NCBI GenBank assembly: GCA_024685285.1
Contig: JAIKVZ010000060.1
Coordinates: 3,818 to 67,817, forward strand
Length of the DNA: 64,000 nucleotides
Direction of reading: 5' to 3'
DNA from: Bacteroidales bacterium
GTDB lineage: Bacteria > Bacteroidota > Bacteroidia > Bacteroidales > P3
Position numbers and translations under genes: made by a program. Positions 8,608 to 19,100 of this stretch are shown one piece after another. The notes beneath the pieces were generated by a model. It was given only the letters and a program-made list of their open reading frames with translations. It did no database searches and was not told the origin of the DNA. Position 1 is the first letter of the stretch. Each line of letters opens with the position of its first letter.

Positions 8608-8644
8608 AATGGGGCCGGCGCGCAGCGCCGGCCCCCATTTTTTT
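8608..8644 (+). terminator. Rho-independent terminator after the mutase gene
   Basis: GC-rich stem AATGGGGCCGGCGC / GCGCCGGCCCCCATT followed by a run of 7 T. Confidence 0.75.
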
Positions 8645-8667
8645 CTCCCCGTTTCAAAAAAAATGCG

Positions 8668-8675
8668 TATCTTTG
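8668..8675 (+). promoter_or_regulatory. Bacteroidota -7 promoter box TATCTTTG(CA)
   Basis: TAnnTTTG match 30 nt upstream of the ATG at 8705. Confidence 0.5.
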
Positions 8676-8704
8676 CAGTCACACAATCCCCAAAAACACC
8701 CCAC

Positions 8705-9733
8705 ATGAAAAGAACCATCAAAATCGCAGCCCTGATGATGGCCGGAGCCGTGGCCCTCGGTGCCTGCGGCAACAAAAAAGCAAAAATCGAAGAACCTATG
8801 CAAAACAACGAAGCAACAGTCTACTTCACCAGCGAGATAACCCCCGAGGCACTGGTCAAAATCTACAAGGCACTGGGCGCGGAGGCCACAGGCCGCGTAG
8901 CCGTGAAGATCTCCACCGGCGAGGGCAGCAACCCCAACTACCTCAAGCCCGAGCTCATCAAGAACCTCGTGCAGTTGGTCGACGGCACCATCGTCGAGTG
9001 CAACACCGCCTACAGCAGCGGCCCCGACGACCTGCAGGACGACCGCAACACCTCGGCCAATCACTGGAAAGTCATCGAGCGCCACGGTTTCACCCCGCTC
9101 TTCAAGGTCGACATCATGGACGAAGAGGGCGAGATGCGCATCCCCGTCGCCGACACCACGCACCTTAAGTACGACATCGTGGGCAGCCACATGGCCAACT
9201 ACGACTTCATGATTGCCCTCAACCACTTCAAAGGGCACCCCATGGGCGGCTACGGCGGAGCGCTGAAGAACCTCAGCATTGGCTGCGCCAGCCAGAACGG
9301 CAAGGCCTACATCCACTCCGCCGGCAAGATGGAGGTGCTCGACATGGAGAAACTCTGGACACCCGAGTTCATCGGCGACCAAGACGGCTTTCTCGAGAGC
9401 ATGGCGGCGGCCGCACAGGGCGTGGTCAACTACTTCCAGCAGAAGCAGGGCATCATCTACATCAACGTGATGAACAATATGAGCATCGACTGCGACTGCG
9501 TAGATCACCCCGAGCCCGTGAAGCTTGAGGACTACGGCATTCTCGCCTCCACCGACCCCGTGGCCCTCGACCGCGCTTGCGTCGACATCATCAACCAGCA
9601 GAAGGTTACGGCCACCAACGACCCCACCGACCTGCTCACTCGCATCGACCAGCAGCACGGCACCCACACCATCGACCACGCCGCCAAAATAGGCCTCGGC
9701 ACCCTCAACTACAAGATAGTCAATATCGACTAA
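8705..9733 (+). CDS. DUF362-like lipoprotein
   Basis: Lipobox 'AVALGAC'. The motif 'ALNHFKGHPMGGYGGALKNLSIG' matches the DUF362 signature (K.H...G..GA.KN..G) as I recall it. There is also a Cys cluster 'SIDCDCVDH'. Confidence 0.55.
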   Translation: MKRTIKIAALMMAGAVALGACGNKKAKIEEPMQNNEATVYFTSEITPEALVKIYKALGAEATGRVAVKISTGEGSNPNYLKPELIKNLVQLVDGTIVECNTAYSSGPDDLQDDRNTSANHWKVIERHGFTPLFKVDIMDEEGEMRIPVADTTHLKYDIVGSHMANYDFMIALNHFKGHPMGGYGGALKNLSIGCASQNGKAYIHSAGKMEVLDMEKLWTPEFIGDQDGFLESMAAAAQGVVNYFQQKQGIIYINVMNNMSIDCDCVDHPEPVKLEDYGILASTDPVALDRACVDIINQQKVTATNDPTDLLTRIDQQHGTHTIDHAAKIGLGTLNYKIVNID

Positions 9734-9759
9734 CCGCCCTCCAACCATAAACACAACAC

Positions 9760-9794
9760 GCAGTGGAGCCCCTTTCAGGACTCCACTGCTTTTG
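9760..9794 (+). terminator. Rho-independent terminator after the DUF362-like gene
   Basis: Stem GCAGTGGAG / CTCCACTGC followed by TTTTG. Confidence 0.7.
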
Positions 9795-9885
9795 TATATA
9801 CCGTTGAATATCAGGGGAAAGACGGTGTTTCATCGGGTATAGATTATATAGAGTCTATAGAATCTATAGAGGGGGTCGAGCCTTG

Positions 9886-9920
9886 CCCGACCTCTACCCG
9901 ACCTTAACCCGAACCTAACC
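9886..9920 (+). repeat. Intergenic 11-bp tandem array, copy 2 (3 units)
   Basis: cccgacctcta|cccgaccttaa|cccgaacctaa|cc. It lies between the terminators at 9760-9794 and 10104-10138. Confidence 0.8.
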
Positions 9921-10103
9921 TGTATATGTGGTTGGTTTCGAGGTAGTTGCAAAATGCGGTTTTTTCAGGGGTCTGAAGGGGGTCAAAAGAGGCCTTTTTA
10001 GAGGCTTTGGGAGCGGTTGACGGGCAGGTGTCCGCACGGTAGCCAAGAGTGGCTTGCGGGGGTGTTTGCGGCGGCCGCAAGGGGGTCGGCGGGCATAAAA
10101 GGA

Positions 10104-10138
10104 GCAGCGGGGCCGAGCTCTTGGCTCGGCCCCGCTGC
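10104..10138 (-). terminator. Rho-independent terminator of the giant gene
   Basis: 15-bp GC-rich stem GCAGCGGGGCCGAGC / GCTCGGCCCCGCTGC, followed on the minus-strand transcript by CUCCUUUUAUG. A second small hairpin lies at 10153-10173. Confidence 0.7.
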
Positions 10139-10189
10139 CGGGGTTATTACGGTCGGGCTTGTGGCAAGCCCGAGAGTTGTCGGGTTACA

Positions 10190-13100
10190 CTATCGTACCA
10201 CGGCCACACGGCGGGCTTTGACGCCCTCGACTTTGACCACGTATACGCCGGTGGACTTCACAGCGAGGGTGACGACCTCGGCTGCAGCCTTCTGGCTCTG
10301 GACCAGGCGGCCAACAGCGTCGTAGACGTACACCATGCGCTGCTCGGCGCCACGCACGTAGATCTGGCCTTCGGCGGCATAGATGTCGACATTGAGGCCT
10401 TCCTCGACGTCGTCGATGCCTTCGCCGTGACCACCGATGTACTCATACTCGGCGGTGAAGGAGGTGTCGCTGACAACGACGAGCATGAGCTCGGACGAGG
10501 TGCTACCGTTGCTCCAACGTACGAAGCGGTAGTTGGTATCGCTGTTGGCGCGCAGGGTGGTGATCTCAGACGGGCTGTAGGTCACGTCGCCGGCACCTTC
10601 AAGCAGATAGGCGGCAGCAGCCGGAGTGGCAGCGAGGGTCACATGGTACACATCGGGTGCGAAGGTGGCTTCGTAGGTCACGTCGCCGGTCACGGTGATG
10701 GTACGGTTGGCCTCGGTGTTGCCGTCGTTCCAGCTCACGAAGTGGTAGTGAGGTTTGGCAACGGCGTGGATGGTGGTGGTGGTTCCGATGCTGACCACAG
10801 CCTCGTCAACGCTCACAGTACCGCGGTTGGTATCGGCGGTGGTGACGGTGACGGTACCGAAGGCCTGCTCGAAGTAAGCTATGAGCGAGGTGTCCTTGGT
10901 AACGGTGAGGACGTAGACTTGATCGGTGTTACCATCGCTCCAGCGCACGAAGCGGTAGTTGTCGTTAGGTGTGGCGGTGAGGGTCGAGGTGCCGCGATAG
11001 TTGACACGGTTGGGGTTAGCCGTGGCAGTACCCATGGTAGAGTCGTTGGTGGCGACAGTGATGGAGAACTGACGTATCAAGATGTTGGCACGCAGGCTCA
11101 CGTTGCTGGTGATAGTGAAAGTGTATGAACTGTCGGTGGTCACAACGGCGTTGTCGGCGTTGTTGTCGGTCCAGTTGGTGAAGCTGTAGCCGTAGGACGG
11201 GGTAGCCACAACGGTTACCTGGTCGCCATGGTTGTAGGTGCCTGCACCAACGAGGGTGATGTTCTCGTCGATAGCGTTGGAGGTGAGGACCACAGTGTAG
11301 GTCTTGAGAGCGAAGGTGGCCACGAGGGTGGTATCGCTGCTGATACCGGTGAGCTGGATGGTGGCAGTCTGGGCGCCGTTGCTCCAGCTTACGAAGTCGT
11401 AACCCTCCTTCGGAGTGGCGATGATGACCACCACGTCGTTGGCCGAGGCGCTGTCGATGTTACCGGCAATGGTGACGGTACCCATGTTAGTGTCGGCAGA
11501 GTAGGCGTGGACGGCGTACTTCTGGGCCTCGAAGATGGCCTGGAAGCTCATAGCCTCGGTTACAACCACGGTACGGACAGGCGAGGTCTCGCCGTCGGAC
11601 CAACCAGCGAAGATGGCTCCGCTGACGGGAGTGGCGGTGAGGGTGGCGGTGTCGAGGTAGTTGTAGGTACCGGCACCGGTGACGTTACCAAGGGCTTCGG
11701 GAGTCCAAGTGGCAGTGATTACGAACTGACGCTTGGCGAAGTTGGCAACGAGGTTGGTGTCGCTCTTGACCTGGACAGTGATGGCGCTGTCATGCTGACC
11801 ATTGCTCCAGCTGCTGAGCGTGTAGCCATAGTTGGCGGCGGCAGACACGGTGACGTATTCGCCGTAGTACACGTTGGTGTCGGCCACAGAGGTGATGGCA
11901 CCCATGGTGGCGTCGTTGACAGTAGCGGTGAGGTGGTAGATGTTGCGCTCGAAGGTGGCAGTGAGTTCAATGGTTGAGAGCACCAGGGTGTCGATGGTGG
12001 CATTGGTGTCGCCGGTCGACCAGGCCACGAAGTGGTAACCCTCGTCGGGCACTGCGGTGATGGTGGCGGTGGTGTTGTACTGGTGATAGCCGGTGCCGGT
12101 GAAGGTGCCGTGCTCGCCAGTGGCGGTGACATTGAAGTTGACTGCCTCGAAGATGGCGGTGTAGGTGGTGTCGCCCAGCACGGTGACGGTACGTGTTGCG
12201 GGAGCGTACTCGTCATCGGCCCACTGCACGAAGTTGTAGCCGTTGTTGGCGGCGGCAACCAGAGTGGCCTCGCTCTTGTAGGCGTAGCGGCCGTCGGCGT
12301 TGGGCACGGTCACAACGGTACCCATGACAGCGTCGTTGGCGACAAGGGTAACGGTGAAGGTGTCGGGCACGAAGAGAGCGGTGTAGGTGACATCCTCGTT
12401 GGTGATGGTGACAACACGGGTCGGGGTCTCAACACCGTCTTCCCAACCGGCGAAGATGTAGCCGTAGTTGGCGGTGGCGGAGAGAGCCACTTGGGCACCC
12501 ACAGTGTCGATGGTGCTACCCTGAGTGAAGCCCTGCTCGGGATCGCAGACAGCGTTGACAGCATAGACCTGTGCGTTGGTGAACGAAGCCACGAGGGTGG
12601 TATCCTGGGTGAGCACGAAGGTGTATTCAGCCTCGTAGGTGTTGTCGCTCCAACCGCCGAAGTACTTGCCGTCGGCAGGTGTGGCAACCACGGTGACCTC
12701 AGTGAGGTACTTGTAGGTGCCGCTACCGGTCACGGTGCCGAGTTCTTCATTGGCTGAGGAAACAGTCACGGTGAAGTCTAAGGTGTCGTAGATGGCCTGG
12801 ATGTCGGCATCCTGAGTCAGCACGAAGGTGATGGTGCTGGTGGTGTCGCCCGTGCTCCAACGGTTGAAGGTGAAGCCGTAGACCTCGTTGGCGGTGAGGG
12901 TTACCTCGGCGTTGTCGTCGTAGTAGCCGGCGCCGGTCACAGCGTCAGGATCGTTGGTGTTGCTGGTGGCGGTGACAAGGAGCTTCTCGGCCTCGAAGTA
13001 GGCAGTGAAGGTGGTGTCGCCGGTCACAGTGTAGAGGCGCGGGTTGCTGGTGTCGCCGTCGCTCCAGCGCACGAAGTGGTAGCGGGTAGTGGGCACGGCG

Positions 13101-16100
13101 GTAAGCTCGGCGGTGAGGCCGTAGCCTATGGTGCCGGTGCCGGTGACATTACCACCCACAGCGGGTTCGGCAACAGCGTTGACAGCGTAGGTCAGGCGGC
13201 GGAAGTTGGCCGTGTAGGTCACATTCTGCTTGGCCACGAAGGTCAGGGTGTCTTTGTTGCCGGCAGTACCGGTGCGGTCGCTGCGAGTCCAGCGGTTGAA
13301 GAGGTAGTGAGGATCGTTGGCATGAGCCACGAGGGTCACAGTGTCGCCACGGAGGAACTGGCCGCCACCGGTGACAGTGCCGAGCAGCGTGTCGTTGACG
13401 GCAGTGTTGATGGTGATGGTGGGAGTGGTGCCGATGGCGAGGTTGTCCATATAGTATTCGGCGTAGCTGAGTCCGGTGATGTAGAATATTACATACTGTT
13501 CGCCGGCCTCGGGCAGCTTGAAGGTCTCAAGACCCCAGTGGTAACCGTTCTTGACAATGAGGTCGTTCTCCTCAGCAGCGGTGAAGTTGTTGTAGGAGGT
13601 ACCCAGGAGCGTGGCACCCTCGATGGTGGGCTCGCTGTTGACGTAGACCTTCATACCGATAGCGTTGGCACCGCGGGTAACGGAGCTGTAGCCCTTCCAC
13701 AGCATGTAGGAGAGTTCGTAGGCGTTGGCCTCGGGAATGTTGATTCTCGGCGAGATAAGGACGATGGTGTCGGTGACGTAGTACGGATAGGCATAGACCA
13801 TATAGGTGCTGTCGAGCGACATATAGTCGTACTTGTACAGGCGCCAGTTGCTGGACTGCGGGTTCGAGCACACGCTGGCAGAGAGCCAGCAGTTCATGTA
13901 CTTCGAGGTGCCGTTGAAGTTCTCGGCGAAGGGCACTTCGGCGGCAACGCAGGTGTAGAAGTCGTCGCCGGCGGTCCAGCGGCTCTCTTCCTCGTCGCTG
14001 CACACGGTGCGGGCCTTCCAGGAGTACTGGGTGAACGGCAGCAGGTCGGTGATGACGATGGTGTCGTTATCCTCGATGAAGTAGTTGGTGGAGGCACCAG
14101 CGGCGGTGGTGAACTGCAGCTCGTAGTTGTTGCTGACACTCTGCTCGTTGGGCACCACGCGGAACACGAAGTTGTTGCCATCCTGGTACATCAGAGCCGA
14201 ATCGGGCTGGTAGCAGCTCGGAGTGGTGGCAAAGACGTAGCAGAAATAGGAGGTGGGAGTGAAGCCGGCGCACACGGGAGCAACATAGAAGTAGTAGTCG
14301 GCATCGACCTCGAGGTTGCTGAGGTCAACACTGAGCTCGTTGGTGAGGGTGGTGTTGGCAGCAGAGAACGAGGTGATGGGCGAAGTGCTGTAGGCGTAGC
14401 GGTAGGCAGTGTCGCCAATGTTGCCCGGGAACCACTTGACGGTGGCCGAGGTCTGAGTGATATCGCTGGCGGCAACGTGAGTGATCATGTTGCAGTCGCT
14501 CGACTCAACACAGAAGGTGATATTGGCGCGATAGAAGGTCGAGAAGTTGTAGAAGTTGGCGCTAGCGTCAGGCAGGTTCGAGACATTGTCGAACGCGTAG
14601 GCACCGTCGCGGTAGTTAAGGACGCACATGCGACTGTCGGTCTGGTGCGACAACGGGTACCAGTAGCAGGTAGAACTGTTGTTGGTGGTAGCACGCACCA
14701 CGAAGCCCACAACGAGGTTGGAGGTACCATCCCAGAAGTAGGAGTCGTCGAACTCGAAGGTCAGAGGACCAGCCTCGGGAATGAGCGGGTCGTCGGTGTA
14801 GTACACCTGCTCGAGGTCGCTCACGGCGATGAAGTCTTGGTTGTTGTCGAAGGCTTCCTTATCGGTGGAGCCCATAAGGATGGTGACATTCTTCTCGTAT
14901 GCAGTGTAGTCGGAGGAGAGGTTGATTGTGAAGGAGTGGATGTAGCCGGCATAGATACCCATCTCGTTCAGCTCTTCAACAGTGTAGATCTGCTCGGAGA
15001 AGGAGTTGCCCCAACCGGGGTTGGTCATAGCATAAGCGGTGGCGGTACCGTCGCCAATGGTGGCGCAGGCCGAGTAGGCGGGAGCCACGACGAAGGTATC
15101 GATAGAGCCGCTGGCCAAGGTGCCACAGCTGGAGCTGACGGCCACATAGTAGGTAGCTTCGGCCTGATCGAACACCAAGGTGTAGCTGCGCGAGCTGACA
15201 TTGACCGAGGTGAGCACATCGGGTATGACGGGAGTGGTCTCGAAGCCGACGGTGTCGAAGTCGGAACTGTCGATGATATAGGTGGTGTCGTACTGCTCAA
15301 CACGTGCGTAGCTGACGGTCCACTCGGTCTCGTCGCCATAGAGGCCGCTCTCCCAAACAAGTTCGGCGGCGGTGCTGCTGATGGCAGCGATTTCGAGGTT
15401 GACCGGGGTGGTGCAGGCGTCGGGCATGGTGAATACCAAGGTCTCGACGGGGCTGTTGCCAAGCTCGTTGGAGCAGATGTTCTGCAGGTAGAAGTAGTAG
15501 GTCTGACCGGCCTGGAGGGTATCGAAGACGATGCTGTCGGCGGCATAGCCGGTAACAGTCATGTTCGGGCTCTCGGTTTCGGCGGTGGTCAGGGCAATGC
15601 TGTAGTTTGCAGCCTGGGTGGCAGAGCCGGTCCAGCTGACGGTGGCAGTGTTCTTGCCTGCTATGGCAACCTCGAGGTCGCGCGGCTGGTGGCAGAGCGA
15701 GTTGGTCTTGAAAGTGACCGAAGCCCACTCGCCATAGCCATCGTCGTGGTCCTCATCGAGGTAGCACTTGGTGCGGACGTAGACAATGTAGTCGGTGTAG
15801 GCGGCCAGGGTGTCGACACTGAACGAGGTGGCCTCGCCGTTGTAGTCGGGAGTGATGTCGGTGAAGTCGGTGATGGCTTCGCGGCTCACGATGGCCTCAT
15901 AGCCGTTGAAGTAGTCGCGCACGCCCTCGGTCCAGCTGATGGTGGCAGTGCTGGTACCTTCGCCAGTGAGGGTGGCAGTGAGGTTTTCAACCTCGCCGCA
16001 AGGAGTGAGAGGTTCGCACACCTCGAAGGCGAGCACAGGCATGATGTTGCTGGTGTACTGCGAACCGCCGTCGGGCACGTTGGCCAGGCTGGAGTTGCCG

Positions 16101-19100
16101 TCGGCATAGCGGCCGTGGCCACAGTTGGTCTTGCCGTTGTAGGTAAGGAAGTATGGTGCGTTCTGCCACATACCCGAGCGGTTTGCCCAACCAATAACGA
16201 GGTTGCTGAGACCGTTGTAGGGGTACGGGGTGTCGAACTCGATGGTGTACCAGCCGGTGCGGGTGAGGGTGCCCTCGTAGGAACCGACCTTGGTGAAGGT
16301 GCTGGCGGGCAGGAAGCCGGACATGGTCTCCATATCGGCAGTGCCAAGATAGAAGTCGTACTTGCCGGTGTAGCTGGAAGCGCCTGCCTGGTAGACATAG
16401 AAGGAGAGGCTCTTGATGACGCCGGAGTAGTTGATCTTGCTGGCGGGTATGATACCCTCGCCGAAGCCATACTCGTAGCTGACCGTCATACCCATAATAT
16501 TCATATTAGAGTACAACGAGCCGGTGGTGTCAACAATGACCATGCCGCCGTTGTTGGTGCAGTCGTACATGCCGGGAGTGTAGATCTCGACCGACGAGGT
16601 GCGGGCGTTGTCGCAGTTGGAGCCAACGGTGATGGTGTAGAGATTCTCGCGGATGAGGCCGTCGACGAAGTAGCTGCGGTTCATGCCCTCGCCCTCAACA
16701 GTGATGTTGGTGGTGGTGGCAACGCCGGCAGCGTCGGTAACGGTCACAACAAAGTCGGTCTGAGTGGAGACGACCTTCCAGGAGAGGAGAGCGCCGGTGC
16801 GGCCCACAGAGTCGACAGTGAGGTCGAAGATGGTGGGGCAGGACTCGGTGTAGGCGCTGATGTTCCACTGGACGGGTATAGCGTCGGCAGCGGGACCGGC
16901 CAGGTAGAGCACGCGAGTGGCGCTGAGGTCGAGGCTATCGCCAGAGGTGAACACATCGCCGAAGGCGGAGGTCACCTTGGTGCCGCTGGAGACAGCGGGA
17001 TCGGTGGTGAAGCCGACCACGAGCTGCGAGCGGTCAACATCGGCACGGGTCTCGAGGATGACGGTGTGGGCGTCGCGGTTGATAGTGGCGGGCGACACCT
17101 GGGCACCGGCAGGCGCGATGACGGTGAAGTTGGTGAAGTTGGCAGTCTCGTTCTTGGTGGTGAAGGTTACAGTGGCGTTGGCAGCGGGGCTGATTGAGTT
17201 GGCGCTGCAAACGGTGTAGAGACGATAGCTGTAACGCTTGTTGGATGTGAGGTTGGTGAGGACATAGGTCACAATGTTGGCACTGTCGGTGACGTCAGCG
17301 GCGGTGATGTCGATGTAGTCGTAGTTGACAGTGTCAAGCACGTTGACGAGACGCCAAGCGGTGGCCTCGTAGTTGTTTTCCCAAGCGAGGGTGGCCTGGT
17401 GGGCGTAGTCGTTGTTGGCTATACGGAAGTTGTCGGGTTTGCGGCACTCGGGTATAGTGGTAACGCTCACGTTGTCGATATGGCCATAGGTATAGTTATC
17501 GGTGGTCTGGCTGTTGATGAGGGCCTTGAAGGCAATGCGCTCGGCAGTTGCGGGCAGCTCGTCAAGGTAATACTCATACAGGTTGGCGCTACCTTGGTTG
17601 GTGGAGGTGTTGTGCAGGGTGTCGATAGCTGTGAAGGCACCGGCGGCATCGGTATAGCCGACGATGACCATGGCACGGTTGCCGGCACTGCGCTCATCCC
17701 ACGAATTGAAGGCAAGGTAGAGGTCAGTGAGAGGCATGTTGAGTTCGGGCAGTATAGCATACTGTACGTCGCCGTTCTCGTCCACTTCGCCGTCATCGTC
17801 ACGATAGAAGGAGAAGTCGAGCTGACCATAGAACGAGGGCGACCAGCTCCACTCGGAACCACCATTGTTGCTGATAATCCAGCACTCGGAGGCGGTGGAG
17901 TTGTAGCTGTCGAAGTCTTCAACATAAGGCACGTTGGTAACACCGCAAACAGAGAAGGTGTTGCCCATGACCCAGCGCGAGCTGTCGTTGGCACCGCAGG
18001 CGCTGCGTACACGCCACTGGTAGTTGCTGCTGCCGGGTATGCCGGTTACGACAATGCTGTCGGACTCGGCAATGACGGAGACGGGCTCGCCAGCGGGCTC
18101 GACGTTGACGGTCCAGTTCTCATCGTCATAGACGAAGTTGACGGGCCAGTACTGGTATTCGAACTCGGTAGCGCTGCCACGCTCGCCGGCCTTGACGATG
18201 AAGGTGGCGGTGTTGGTGGTGTCGCTGTAGGCGCGGAGCTCAACAGGCATATCGCAGGTGGGCAGGGTGGTGTAGGTCACCATAGACCAACGCACGCTGT
18301 CGCCGGCGCAAGCAGGACGGACATAGAGTTTGTACTCGGTGTCGCGGGTCAAACCGTTGATAGTAATAACGTTAGTATCAGTGGTCTGAATCTGAGCGGT
18401 TTCCGGAGTTTCATCCGAACCTGAAGCGATGTTAACATATTGCCAAGAGGTCTCTTCGTTGCCGCTGTACCAGAAAGCGGTGACATTGGTAACATCGATG
18501 TCGGTGACGCTGAGGTGGTTGACCTCGCGGCAGTTATCGGTGCTGGGCACGAAGCAGAAGGTGATGACGGGAACCGAGGTGGTCTCGTAGCTGTAGTAGT
18601 CGCCAACATACTCACCGTCTGACACGTCGCCGTCGGCCATACCCTCATAAGGATAGGTGTAACGCACGGGTGCCTCGTCGTAGTTGCCCTCGAAGTTGTA
18701 GTAGCGGAAAGCATTGCTGTAGTCGCTGCTGCTCTGGGTCTCGGAGGTGGCATAGACGGCTATGAGGAGGTTCTTGGTACCGTCGTAGTAGAACGGGGTG
18801 GTGAAGTTGATGGTATTCCAGCCAAGCTCGTCGAAGGTGTAGGTACCGTTGAAGCAGGTGACGTAGCCATCCATCGAGGCGAAGCTGCTGGCAACGTTGG
18901 TCTCTTCGGTGGTGGTGACGTAGATCTGCAGGTTGGTATAGGTCAACGAGGTGCTGCGCATCCAGTCGAAAGCTATGGCGCCGAGGTAACCCACACCGCC
19001 TACCTGCTCAGGTGTGTATATAATCTGGCAGTAGGAGTTGGGGTAGTCGCTGTAGTGCATAGCAACGGCGGGAGTGTAGGCCGAACCGTACTGGCCGAAG

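Noticed and set aside
7432-9754. Minus-strand ORFs 7432..8571 (379 aa) and 8654..9754 (366 aa)
   Set aside because: They are antisense shadows of the phosphohexomutase and DUF362-like genes. Their products are G/V/A/H-rich nonsense, whereas the plus-strand products have clear family motifs.
13076-17197. 1,373-aa plus-strand ORF, together with similar long ORFs at 10049..11128, 11228..11977, 12032..12757, 17399..18424, 19055..21946, 22085..22759, 22916..23470, 23729..24352 and 24440..25813
   Set aside because: All are antisense to the giant minus-strand gene. Their translations are G/V/A/D-rich low-complexity strings with no signal peptides or motifs. The sense strand carries the coherent domain structure. 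Long stop-free antisense frames are expected in GC-rich, codon-biased genes.
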